The position numbers and the translations under genes are program-made. The notes below the pieces were generated by a model. The model worked only from the letters and a program-made list of their open reading frames with translations, searched no databases and was not told the DNA's origin. From NCBI GenBank assembly GCA_964422035.1, contig CAYQZQ010000001.1:441013-505012 (forward strand): a stretch of DNA of 64,000 nt. Direction: 5' to 3'. Source of the DNA: an uncultured Pseudomonadales bacterium (GTDB taxonomy: Bacteria; Patescibacteriota; Microgenomatia; UBA1400; Chazhemtobacteraceae). Below, in pieces: positions 1 through 8,761 of this stretch (its first letter is position 1; each line of letters starts with the position of its first letter).

Positions 1-120
1 CTTTTTTTTCAGAACTTTTCATAGCTGGGATTATAGCAAAATGGCTAGCGAAGAAGGAGATATAAAAGCTTATACTACATGTTTGAGAAGCTTTTAAAAC
101 TCTTCTTTATGTTTTTTGTA

Positions 121-565
121 TCAATTAATAGTGTTTTTGAGCCCTGTATCAAAACCTGTTTTTACTACAAATTTAAATTCTTTTTTAGCTTTCGATACAT
201 CTAATTTTCTTTGGGGTTGTCCATCAGGCTTGAATCTTTCCCAAGTTAAATTTTTTCCAAAGCCAGTTAATTTTTTGATTTTTTTCAACCAAGTTTTTAA
301 TGGAGATTTTAAAGTTTGATCCAAGCTTAACTGGTTTAGATTTATTGTATTTTTCGGTTGCAAGAATTATGCCTCTTATCGCATCCTCAACATACAAAAA
401 CTCTATGGTTGGCTTACCGGTTCCCCAAACTACCATCTCATCTTTTCCTTCTTGTTTTGCATCGATGAATTTTTTGATAAGGGCAGGATAACGTGGGATG
501 ATTTAGGATCGAAGTTGTCCCCTGGACCATAAATATTTACGGGTAAAAGAGAAGAAAAGAAATAA
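121..565 (-). pseudogene. Remnant of an NAD-dependent epimerase/dehydratase (GDP-L-fucose synthase-like) C-terminal half, 5'-truncated and frameshifted
   Basis: ORFs 224..436 and 121..363 lie in two frames on the minus strand. Together they spell the conserved C-terminal epimerase motifs: VNIYGPGDNFD..SHVIPALIKKF, then VWGTGKPTIEFLYVEDAIRGI, then (frame switch) TWERFKPDGQPQRKLDVSKAKKE. There is no N-terminal Rossmann region and no start codon upstream; an in-frame stop sits near 570. Confidence 0.55.
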
Positions 566-570
566 AGTCT

Positions 571-963
571 CTATATTTTTATGAGAATAAAATAACTGGC
601 CAGAGAAACTGAAGCCCCCAAGACCGTTCCCCAAATCATGTCCACAATTGTGACTACCAGCGGCCAATCTTTGATGGTAGCTAGATTTGTTAAATCATAA
701 GTCGCATAAGAAATGAGCCCCAGCAAAGCTCCTAGAAAAAGAGCTTGAGCCCAAGAGTTTTTCTCCAATGCCGGTAGAACTGAGAAGACTACTAAACCAA
801 CTACAAATAGTAAGTAAAATAAACCAGCTGCTGTGAAATTAACATTTGTTTTCATCAAGTAACCTAAGTACTGGGCATAGAAATTTTTGGCGATTAGGGT
901 AAGCCAAATAAAGTCGATTGCTAAAAAAACTGGCAAGGTGATTAAATAAGTTTTTAAAAACAT
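571..963 (-). CDS. Small integral membrane protein (4 predicted TM helices), function unknown
   Basis: 130-aa ORF that is hydrophobic throughout and sits directly downstream of the TspO-like gene on the same strand. Confidence 0.5.
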   Translation of the reverse strand: MFLKTYLITLPVFLAIDFIWLTLIAKNFYAQYLGYLMKTNVNFTAAGLFYLLFVVGLVVFSVLPALEKNSWAQALFLGALLGLISYATYDLTNLATIKDWPLVVTIVDMIWGTVLGASVSLASYFILIKI

Positions 964-964
964 A

Positions 965-1360
965 TTAGCGATTTAAACAAGTAATTGTTAACTGCAAAAT
1001 AGTCGCAAAACTAACCCACAACAAATATGGAATTTGAATATACGTAATCCATTTTGCATGAGGATAAATTGCAAGCATCGCCCAAATAAGTGTCCCTAAG
1101 ACAAAAATAATATCAATTGCAGCCAGGAAATTGTTTCTTAACCCAAATTGCAAAGGAGTAAAAGCAAAGTTAAAAATAAGATTAAGGATAAAAGGAAGAG
1201 CAATGATAAAGGCAATTCGTTTTTGTAAAGTTAATTGAAATACTTTAAAAAAAGAGACAGCAATAAAAACATATAGAAAAGTCCATACTGGGCCAAAAAG
1301 CCAAGATGGTGGAGACCATGATGGTCTAATTAATTGTTGGTACCATCCACTACTTTGCAT
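965..1360 (-). CDS. tspO: TspO/MBR family tryptophan-rich sensory protein
   Basis: N-terminus WYQQLIRPSWSPPSWLFGPVWTFLY is the hallmark TspO opening motif. About 5 TM helices, 131 aa. Confidence 0.8.
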   Translation of the reverse strand: MQSSGWYQQLIRPSWSPPSWLFGPVWTFLYVFIAVSFFKVFQLTLQKRIAFIIALPFILNLIFNFAFTPLQFGLRNNFLAAIDIIFVLGTLIWAMLAIYPHAKWITYIQIPYLLWVSFATILQLTITCLNR

Positions 1361-1521
1361 AGGTTATGTTTATTGTAACAAATGGGGAAATACCACGACT
1401 ACTGAATCTTCTTTGGTGAGGCCTACTGTCCCAAATCTCGAACACCTTTTTAACAACATCTTTCAAGTTTACAAGCAACTGAAAAAACTTAGTTTTAACC
1501 AATGCAAGTATTAATTGTTTT

Positions 1522-2190
1522 TTATTCGCGTATAGCAGAAGTACTCAAATGGCTCACTAACATGTGTATTACGTCTTCTTTGCCTTCTTTATAGTAAAAG
1601 AATGGTGTTCTAAAAGAAGCCATTTTGTTTCCACTGTCATCAACTACAACTACTAAATCATGTTGGGAATAATCAAAATCTTTCCATAAGACTAGCTCCA
1701 AGTCGCTGGTTTTATTAGCTGTCCCTACGTCTTTGGCTGAGATAAATTTAAAATTAGGATACTTTTTAGAAGCTGTTTCTACAGGTAAATTAGTAGTAAT
1801 AACTTGTGAAGTTAAGTCATTGGATGTCACTATTTGATAGTGGCTGGCAGCTAAAGTAGTGGCTGTTGAATCTGCTTGAAGTTTTTGAGTACTATTCTGA
1901 ATTTCCTGTGGACGAGCTTTGCGGCCAATAATGGCTGTATCTACTTTATTAAGTCTCAACAACTGCAATGCTTCTTGAGCAGATCCTACTAAGTTAAATT
2001 TAACCTCTTTTGTTGAATTTAACTTATCCACTATTGGCTGCATAGTGGGACAGTAGGCAACTTGAACTTGTGATTCGGCTGCAGTTTGATGAACAGTTGT
2101 TGGAGGCTGAACTGGTTTCTGACTAATAATTGTTGCAGACAAGCCAACAACGACTAGAACTATTAAGATGACGGTTAATCTGCTTTTCAT
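1522..2190 (-). CDS. Exported hypothetical protein with an N-terminal signal anchor (periplasmic binding-protein-like region)
   Basis: 222-aa ORF with an N-terminal hydrophobic signal/anchor. The single Cys lies in CPTMQP. No confident family assignment. Confidence 0.4.
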   Translation of the reverse strand: MKSRLTVILIVLVVVGLSATIISQKPVQPPTTVHQTAAESQVQVAYCPTMQPIVDKLNSTKEVKFNLVGSAQEALQLLRLNKVDTAIIGRKARPQEIQNSTQKLQADSTATTLAASHYQIVTSNDLTSQVITTNLPVETASKKYPNFKFISAKDVGTANKTSDLELVLWKDFDYSQHDLVVVVDDSGNKMASFRTPFFYYKEGKEDVIHMLVSHLSTSAIRE

Positions 2191-2196
2191 ACAAAA

Positions 2197-2490
2197 TTAG
2201 TCTATCATGGAACCCAATAAACAGCTTTGTAAATCTTTGGGGCTGAAGCCAATTAGCTTGATTTTATGCTCATTAACAAAAGATGAGAGCTCTTTTGCTA
2301 GAGACCGAAGATCCTTGTTTTGTAAAAAGTTTTCAATATCTGTAATTGCAGTTTCTGGATGAATGAAAAAATCACCAGTAATTTGAATCGATTCAATGAC
2401 GTAATTGTCCAGTTCTACCTTGAGTCGTAGCATTTTGCCACCTGGAACTTTATAGTTAATTTTTTGCATAATTACCTCCAGTAAGTCCAC
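2197..2490 (-). CDS. Lipoate-protein ligase C-terminal (accessory) domain protein, LplB-like; copy 1
   Basis: 97 aa carrying the motifs KVPGGKMLRLKVELDNYVIESIQITGDFFIHPE and LIGFSPKDL. It is the paralog of ORF 8432..8761 (KVPNGKMLRIRYD..IKIFGDFFIHPEE). Typical of a split LplA C-terminal domain encoded just downstream of the catalytic domain. Confidence 0.75.
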   Translation of the reverse strand: MDLLEVIMQKINYKVPGGKMLRLKVELDNYVIESIQITGDFFIHPETAITDIENFLQNKDLRSLAKELSSFVNEHKIKLIGFSPKDLQSCLLGSMID

Positions 2491-3239
2491 TCTTGAGTTG
2501 TATATTTTTCATTTTTAAGTTTTTTGGCCATCTTTTTCTCATTTGCGCTAGCAGTCTCTGATTTTAAATTAGCCTTAAAAGTAGTGCAAAAACCAGCTTG
2601 AATCGCTTGTTGTAAATTCGAGAAAGTGATATCAGGTAAATGGGTTTGAATGGTGCCGACTCGATCTTCGATTTTTTTTATATTTTTATCAGAAATTTTT
2701 TCAATGGGAATCTTCAGATACTTGACCATTTTATTTACATCAAAATCCAGCAACAGAGTTCCGTGCTGGAGTACGGTTCTGTTTTTCCTGGTTTGAGCAT
2801 TACCTGAAATCTTTTTTCCTTTAAGAGTAATGTCATTGATGCCAGATATGATTGCGTTTAAACCAAGCTGTTGTAAGCCTTCTATAATGCCTTGCTGGAT
2901 GACATGATAAGAATCTTGAATATCAGCCGGGATCATGGGGTGAGATTCTTTGATAATCAAGCTGTAGTTTAACTCCCCTTTGGGATCCTTATAAACAGCG
3001 CCTCCTCCGGTCATGCGCCGGAAAATAGCTACTTTATCCTGTTGGCAGTTATCAAGGTTCACTTCCTGGGCAATAGCTTGGAAATAACCGATTGACACAG
3101 CTGGCTGGTTCCAGCGATAAAAGCGCAACGTGGGTGGAGCTTGGTCTTGGCTGACTGCCCCTAAAACTGCTTCATCCACTGCCATGTGATGGTAGTAATC
3201 ACTGACCTCGTCAGTTGGCAGTAGTCGCCAAGATTTCAT
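2472..3239 (-). CDS. lplA: Lipoate-protein ligase A catalytic domain (split LplA-N); copy 1
   Basis: LRFYRWNQPAVSIGYFQ, RRMTGGGAVYKD and KISGNAQTR are characteristic BPL/LPL catalytic-domain motifs. 255 aa. Confidence 0.85.
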   Translation of the reverse strand: MKSWRLLPTDEVSDYYHHMAVDEAVLGAVSQDQAPPTLRFYRWNQPAVSIGYFQAIAQEVNLDNCQQDKVAIFRRMTGGGAVYKDPKGELNYSLIIKESHPMIPADIQDSYHVIQQGIIEGLQQLGLNAIISGINDITLKGKKISGNAQTRKNRTVLQHGTLLLDFDVNKMVKYLKIPIEKISDKNIKKIEDRVGTIQTHLPDITFSNLQQAIQAGFCTTFKANLKSETASANEKKMAKKLKNEKYTTQEWTYWR

Positions 3240-3241
3240 GC

Positions 3242-4009
3242 TTAAGACTTTTTAACTTCCCTGACTAATAAGTCGGTTAGTGGATGGTCGGGATTAAGAT
3301 CAGACACAGGCATTTGTGTAATAGCCGGTGGATATTTTAGTTCCATTTCTTCTAGTCTAGTGAGTGACTTTTCCAGATCTGGGGGGTTAAAGCCCAACCA
3401 TAACTCATCATCTTGCGAGTTGGCAATACTGCGAGCACCTCCACAAGGGATGGTCATCCAGGGCGATTCGCCTTTAATCACAGCTGCCACAATTTCGCAG
3501 GCTGCATGGCCGTTGAAACTAGATTTAGGCTTATTGCCAGTAGCGTCAAAATAGCCCATTAAGGCTAGGTAACTTTGACAGGAATTAACTAGCAAAATTA
3601 TGGCTTCTGGTTCAAGATCTAGTCGATCAAACTCTTTAAGCGGAGCAAAAACAGCTGCTTCATACTCATTTTGAGGTAAAGCTTCGATTTGTTTTGACAA
3701 TTGCTCAAACCTTTTGGGAGTATAAGCAAAGCCTTTCACCCAGCGATCTTTTAAATCTTCCGGAGGCATAGCAAAACCCATCACATAAGTCCCAACCGTG
3801 CAGGCGTCAATGTTCTCGGTATAGACACCTCTAGTTTTTTCATAAACCGCTACTGTTTTTAATAACTGACACAAAGCACGATTGTTAGCTAAAGGCATGA
3901 TTTCTTTTTCTTTTATCATGTCTTTTGATTTAAGCAGCTTGATTCCGATCGGAGCTCCTTGTGGGCTAAGTAGTTTTTTTGATTTTTCTTGCAGTTGAGT
4001 CAAGTTCAT
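3242..4009 (-). CDS. DUF169-family protein
   Basis: 255-aa soluble protein whose composition and motifs resemble the DUF169 / COG2043 family. It is embedded between the GcvH-like and LplA genes. Confidence 0.55.
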   Translation of the reverse strand: MNLTQLQEKSKKLLSPQGAPIGIKLLKSKDMIKEKEIMPLANNRALCQLLKTVAVYEKTRGVYTENIDACTVGTYVMGFAMPPEDLKDRWVKGFAYTPKRFEQLSKQIEALPQNEYEAAVFAPLKEFDRLDLEPEAIILLVNSCQSYLALMGYFDATGNKPKSSFNGHAACEIVAAVIKGESPWMTIPCGGARSIANSQDDELWLGFNPPDLEKSLTRLEEMELKYPPAITQMPVSDLNPDHPLTDLLVREVKKS

Positions 4010-4032
4010 TTTTTTCCTTGTTAATTTTTAAT

Positions 4033-4419
4033 CTAGGCTTGTTTGCTTTTATCTTGACTCTTTAACAGCTCTTCTTTTTCATTGGGTGCGGTCAGCTCTA
4101 GCTTAGCGATCCAGCCCTTGCCATAGGGATCCTGATTAATTAGTGAAGGCTGATCAAACACTTTTTGATTAACCTCGATTACTTTACCCGAAAGCGGGCT
4201 GGCTAAATGTCCGCTCCATTTGAGTGCTTCTAATGATACATAATTATCTCCCTTTTTTAGTGACTGCCCCTCTTTAGGTAATTTCACAAAAACAAACTCT
4301 TTGACTTTGTCAGCGGCTGGTTTGATTACACCCAAGGTGGCTGTTTTTCCTTGAATATCGACCCAGGTATAATTTGAGTCGTAAAGGAATTTTTCTGGTA
4401 AATTTTCGTTGTTGGTCAT
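4033..4419 (-). CDS. Glycine-cleavage H-protein-like lipoyl carrier (orphan GcvH / LbpA-like)
   Basis: 128 aa with H-protein architecture. The candidate lipoyl-lysine sits in the SLEALKWSGHLASPLSGKVIEVN hairpin region (compare canonical ESVKAASD..SG.V). No gcvT or gcvP is present in the window. Confidence 0.8.
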   Translation of the reverse strand: MTNNENLPEKFLYDSNYTWVDIQGKTATLGVIKPAADKVKEFVFVKLPKEGQSLKKGDNYVSLEALKWSGHLASPLSGKVIEVNQKVFDQPSLINQDPYGKGWIAKLELTAPNEKEELLKSQDKSKQA

Positions 4420-4437
4420 AAGTTGTTTTCAGTAAAT

Positions 4438-5925
4438 TTAATTGTTAATTTGATTTTTTTCTTCTGATTCTTCTTGTTCGACAGTTAGATCTTGGGCTTC
4501 ATTGCCAATCTGAATACCAAATACGGGCAAAATTTTCTTGTGGATAAGGTAAACGACCCCAGTAATGCCAAAAGCTATGCCAAAAACCTTAAACATGCCA
4601 ACTACTTCATTCATTAGTTCTGGTTTTGCTAGCCAAAAATAAGCTAAGGTCAACATAATAATTCCGCCCAGTAGTTTTAAGACACGGCCTTGTTCTTCTT
4701 CAAATTTGCTGGCTTTTAAAGTTAAAAGAATCGTGCCGAAGACAAAGGCTTCGTCCAAAAAGTAAATTAACATATAGAGGGCAAAAAGGGTGGCAAATAA
4801 AACCAAACTAACATTGTTTTCAGACAAAATTGTGGTCCAGATAACTGGAAAGCCGGCAGTGCAAATTAATTCGATAAAAGTGACACCAAAAGCTAAGACA
4901 ATAGTACCAGAAATAAGACCCAGCATTGACTTTTTTTTCATTAACTGGCGAGTATTTTTAAAGATTCCAGGCTTAAAGCGATCAGGAATAGTAAAAGAGA
5001 TACCTTTTTTATACCAAAAGTAGTCTTTAATATTTACTAATCCAAAAATCAAGGCGACTGCAGCCACGGAAAGCTTAATCCATTTCATGTAGCCGATGAT
5101 AGCTAGAGCGTTAAATAAACCTAAAATAAATAGTCCATATACAAGGGTGGCGATTGTAATGAAGGTTAGACCCACAGCAAAAACTTTTTTTCTTGAGCCG
5201 GTATGCAGAACAATACCCAGTAAAAAAGTAATTACCCACAAAGAACAGGGGTTAAACCCATCAACAAAAGCTATCAAGCTGGTCATAACAATTAACGGCA
5301 TATGATCCAAATTTATCTCTCCTAACAGGGGCAATTTGATTGTATGTGCATTTTGAGTGCTTGAGTCGTTTGTTTCTTGCCCCAAAGAGGTGAAGGGAGC
5401 TTCACTTTTTATATCATTGGCTGTATCAGCGGGCTCACTGGTAATTGTCGGAGCTGTGGTTGGTTCACTACTAGCTTCTTCTTCAACTGATTGATTCTCA
5501 TCTGTAGCTACAATACCGGCTTTGACACCCGGATCAATACAGCCTTCTTGCAGACACGATACAATTTTGTTTTCCATATCATCAGCCATGTACTCAGCAA
5601 AACCAACTATTGGCTCGTAGTCGCCAATAAAGGTAGTAGGAACTCCTCTGGCTTGAATGCCGTAAGCCTCAGCCACCTGTTCAAAGACAGCCATGTTTCC
5701 CTGGTTTTGCCAAGTTTCATAGCTTTTAACCTCTAATTGAGAATACTTTTGTTCCATTTCCTCTAGAAAAGGCTTTTCAACTACGCAGTGAGGACAGCCC
5801 TCTCCCCAGAAAAAGTAGACCGTAGTTTTTTCTGCAGCTAAAGCTGGTTGGGCTAAGAATAATAGACAAATAAAGGTAATGACTGCTAGAAAAACTTTCT
5901 TCATATGTTCACTATAACTGATCAA
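4438..5925 (-). CDS. Fusion protein: N-terminal exported thioredoxin-fold domain (CPHC) plus C-terminal CcdA/DsbD-like multi-TM thiol-disulfide transporter domain
   Basis: Signal/anchor, then YFFWGEGCPHCVVEKPFL...GVPTTFIG (thioredoxin fold). An acidic S/T-rich linker follows. Then about 8 TM helices, with a Cys in the FVDGFNPCSLWV membrane segment. Confidence 0.65.
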   Translation of the reverse strand: MISYSEHMKKVFLAVITFICLLFLAQPALAAEKTTVYFFWGEGCPHCVVEKPFLEEMEQKYSQLEVKSYETWQNQGNMAVFEQVAEAYGIQARGVPTTFIGDYEPIVGFAEYMADDMENKIVSCLQEGCIDPGVKAGIVATDENQSVEEEASSEPTTAPTITSEPADTANDIKSEAPFTSLGQETNDSSTQNAHTIKLPLLGEINLDHMPLIVMTSLIAFVDGFNPCSLWVITFLLGIVLHTGSRKKVFAVGLTFITIATLVYGLFILGLFNALAIIGYMKWIKLSVAAVALIFGLVNIKDYFWYKKGISFTIPDRFKPGIFKNTRQLMKKKSMLGLISGTIVLAFGVTFIELICTAGFPVIWTTILSENNVSLVLFATLFALYMLIYFLDEAFVFGTILLTLKASKFEEEQGRVLKLLGGIIMLTLAYFWLAKPELMNEVVGMFKVFGIAFGITGVVYLIHKKILPVFGIQIGNEAQDLTVEQEESEEKNQINN

Positions 5926-5936
5926 TGTTATGGAAG

Positions 5937-5981
5937 TATTTTACCAATATTAAGGGAATGTTAAGATTTGACAAATAAGTT
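5937..5981. promoter_or_regulatory. Conserved ~45-nt motif, copy 1 (TATTTTaCCAATaTTAAGGGAaTGTTAAG..TTGAcaACAAaT), in the divergent promoter region between the thioredoxin-CcdA operon and padR
   Basis: Near-identical to 13357..13401 (about 38 of 45 nt match). Contains the direct repeat TGTTAAG-N4-TGTTAAG (first half-site degenerate in this copy: TaTTAAG). Lies 12 to 56 nt upstream of the minus-strand start at 5925 and overlaps the 5' end of padR. Confidence 0.45.
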
Positions 5982-6392
5982 TATATATGTAACGATGTTA
6001 TGTATGAAAGACAAAATAAGTTGTGAGCCCAAAGGCAGATATCCGGAAAAACGCTGGGTCCAGTTTTTAATTTTAAGAGTTCTTTATGAAAAACCCTCTT
6101 ACGGATACAAAATCGTTGAATCAATTGAAAAGTTAACTGAGGGCAGACATCAAATTAAGCTTGGTTCTATCTATACCTTACCTTATTGCGTCGCATGGAG
6201 AAGCGTGAGCTGTTAACCTCTCAGTGGAAAGAAAGTAAAAAGAATCCGGACAAGAAAATCTACCAAGTTACGAAAAAGGGAGAAGATCTTTTAAAGCAGT
6301 GGTTGGAGGTTGTGATTGAAAGAAGAAAAATGATGACCAAAATGGTCGAATTTTATAAAAAACATTTTAAGGAGGAAGCCAATGAAAATTGA
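5968..6392 (+). pseudogene. PadR-family transcriptional regulator interrupted by a frameshift near 6180 (authentic frameshift or sequencing error)
   Basis: Frame-1 ORF ends ..GYKIVESIEKLTEGRHQIKLGSIYTL then runs out of frame. The frame-3 ORF continues LRRMEKRELLTSQWKESKKNPDKKIYQVTKKGEDLL. Joined, they give the canonical PadR wHTH pattern (G.LY.LL.RLEK.GLL.S.W......R.YY.LT..G). Confidence 0.6.
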
Positions 6393-6687
6393 CAACATCT
6401 TATCTTTGCAAAATTTTTCTAAAAAAGGACCGGTTAAAACCGATATTATAAAATCTAACAAGTTTAACGTGGTGACGGTTTGTCTTGAGGAGAACCAAGC
6501 AATACCGCCCCATCCCGAGCCTTATGCAGTTTTCTTTTTGGTACTGAAAGGCAAGGGTGTATTTACTAAAGGCAAGGAAAATTTTGAACTTGAACAAGGC
6601 TCAGAACTTTTTGTTGAAAATAACGAACTAAGAGGGATTAAAGCTTTAGAAAAGTTGATTATTTTAGGGATTCAAGATGGACATTAA
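6382..6687 (+). CDS. Cupin-domain protein
   Basis: 101 aa with a two-His cupin-like core (PPHPEPYAVFFLVLKGKG...ELFVENNE). Strong SD (AAGGAGG) upstream. Confidence 0.55.
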   Translation: MKIDNILSLQNFSKKGPVKTDIIKSNKFNVVTVCLEENQAIPPHPEPYAVFFLVLKGKGVFTKGKENFELEQGSELFVENNELRGIKALEKLIILGIQDGH

Positions 6688-7624
6688 TCAACAAAACACA
6701 AAAGCGATCGAGGTAATTGAGCTTAGTAAAAAATTTAGACAACTAACAGCTGTTGACGATATTTCTTTTGAGGTCAAAAAGGGAGAGGTCTTTGGATTTT
6801 TGGGCCCTAATGGCGCCGGTAAGACAACCACTGTAAGAGTGTTAACCGGATTGACTAAGCCAACCGAAGGTCAGGCAAAAATTTTTGATCATGATATTGA
6901 AAAAACAGATATCGAAGCTAAAAAATTAATTGGTATGGTGCCTGAAACATCTAATGTATACGATGAATTATCGGCTTGGGAGAATCTGATTTTTACGGCC
7001 GATCTTTATCAGCTGAAAAAAAGTCAAGCTGAGAAAAGAGCCCAAGATTTACTCAAAACCTTTGAGCTTGTTAAGCGCCAAGATGACAAAGTTAAGGGTT
7101 TTTCCAAGGGCATGAAAAGAAGGCTAACTCTGGCCATGGGTTTGATCAATAGTCCGCAATTATTGTTTTTAGATGAGCCAACTTCGGGCTTGGATGTGGA
7201 GAGTTCGCTTATTATCAAGGAGATGATTAAAAATTTAAGCCAACAACAGATCACTATTTTTCTCACAACCCATGACATTAAAGAAGCCAGTAGAAGTTGT
7301 GATCGGGTGGCTATTATTAATCATGGCAAAATTGCTGCGATTGATACCCCGGAGAAATTAAAAACAACCATTGAGAGTGTCCAGTCGATTGAAGTAGTTT
7401 TTAATCAGACGGTCTCTTTGACTAAAATAAGTTCTTTGAAAAAACATGATTTTATCAATCAAGTTCAAAAAAAGGCAGACAAGTATAAATTATTTACTGA
7501 TAAGCCAGAAAGAGCTTTAAAAAAGCTGTGGGATTTTAGTTTAACAAACAAGTTAAAAATCACCAGTCTAAACACTCTCGGTCCTGATTTAGAAGAAGTT
7601 TTTATCAAATTAACCAAAAAATGA
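6677..7624 (+). CDS. ABC transporter ATP-binding protein (ABC-2 exporter type)
   Basis: Walker A GPNGAGKTTT, ABC signature FSKGMKRRLTLA, Walker B LLFLDEPTSGLD. Confidence 0.9.
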   Translation: MDINQQNTKAIEVIELSKKFRQLTAVDDISFEVKKGEVFGFLGPNGAGKTTTVRVLTGLTKPTEGQAKIFDHDIEKTDIEAKKLIGMVPETSNVYDELSAWENLIFTADLYQLKKSQAEKRAQDLLKTFELVKRQDDKVKGFSKGMKRRLTLAMGLINSPQLLFLDEPTSGLDVESSLIIKEMIKNLSQQQITIFLTTHDIKEASRSCDRVAIINHGKIAAIDTPEKLKTTIESVQSIEVVFNQTVSLTKISSLKKHDFINQVQKKADKYKLFTDKPERALKKLWDFSLTNKLKITSLNTLGPDLEEVFIKLTKK

Positions 7625-8367
7625 TGAATAAGAATCTCACCAACAACCTGAGAGCGGCTTGGTCAATTACCAAAAAGGATATCATGATTTACTATTTGAA
7701 ACCTGGAACCTTGATGTTTGGTGTTATGTTTCCTTTGTTTATGTTTCTTTCTTTTGCTGTTGGCAGAAATGTGCCGACCTCATCTTTAATTCCAGGTTTA
7801 ATTTCTCTGACAGTCTTATTTTCGGCTTCATCGATTGGACCAGTGGCGATTCCAGTAGAAAGAAGGGTTAAAACTTTTGAAAGGCTGATCGCTGCTCCGA
7901 TATCTTTTTATGCTGTTATTTTGGGAAAAGCTTTAGGGGGAGTTCTGTTTAGCGTAGCTATTAGCTTAATCGCTTTATTGGCAGCTTGGTTGTTTCTGGG
8001 AGTAATTTTGTTTAGTCCAGCCACCTTACTCTTTGCCTTAATTTTTGCTTCATTATGCTTTTCTTTGCTGGGAATCATGTTTGCTATGTTTCCTACGGAA
8101 AATCCAGGAAACATTATGATCATGCTTAATTTTATCCGTATGCCGCTAATGTTTATTAGTGGAATTTTTATCCCAATCAAAACGCTGCCTTTATGGGCAC
8201 AAACAATCTCTTACTTTTCACCTCTAACTTATGCTAATGATTTGTTTGGTTTTGGAATTGAAGGCAAAATTAATTTAGGTTTGTTTACCAACCTGATGGC
8301 TCTACTGCTTTTTGCCGGCGTTTTTCTTTTTGTTGGTCTTCGATTGGACAAGAAATTTAGGGAATAG
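7621..8367 (+). CDS. ABC-2 family transporter permease
   Basis: 248 aa with 6 TM helices. Translationally coupled (ATGA overlap) to the ATPase. Confidence 0.75.
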   Translation: MMNKNLTNNLRAAWSITKKDIMIYYLKPGTLMFGVMFPLFMFLSFAVGRNVPTSSLIPGLISLTVLFSASSIGPVAIPVERRVKTFERLIAAPISFYAVILGKALGGVLFSVAISLIALLAAWLFLGVILFSPATLLFALIFASLCFSLLGIMFAMFPTENPGNIMIMLNFIRMPLMFISGIFIPIKTLPLWAQTISYFSPLTYANDLFGFGIEGKINLGLFTNLMALLLFAGVFLFVGLRLDKKFRE

Positions 8368-8431
8368 TCTTTAGTCAAACATTAAAAGACAAAAAGATTA
8401 GTCAAGACACATCAAGTCATCAAGATTTACC

Positions 8432-8761
8432 TTAAATAAGTGCATTTTCTATATCAATTGGGGTAAAACCAATCAAGGTTATGTTTTTTTTATCAACAAA
8501 CTTAGTTAAGTTTTTAGCTACTTGATTGATTTTCTTGCCAATTAAAAACTGCTCTATGTCTAAAATTGACTCTTCCGGGTGTATAAAAAAATCACCGAAA
8601 ATTTTAATGTTCACGATAGTATCGTCATTAGAGTCATATCTGATTCTAAGCATCTTCCCATTTGGAACTTTATAGACTATATTTTTTTTCATAAAGCTAT
8701 TTCTAACGCCAATAATTCCATTTATCGCTTGTATATTTTTCTTTGTATAATTTTTCGGCAT
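8432..8761 (-). CDS. Lipoate-protein ligase C-terminal (accessory) domain protein; copy 2
   Basis: Paralog of 2197..2490: KVPNGKMLRIRYDSNDDTIVNIKIFGDFFIHPEE...LIGFTPIDI. Confidence 0.75.
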   Translation of the reverse strand: MPKNYTKKNIQAINGIIGVRNSFMKKNIVYKVPNGKMLRIRYDSNDDTIVNIKIFGDFFIHPEESILDIEQFLIGKKINQVAKNLTKFVDKKNITLIGFTPIDIENALI

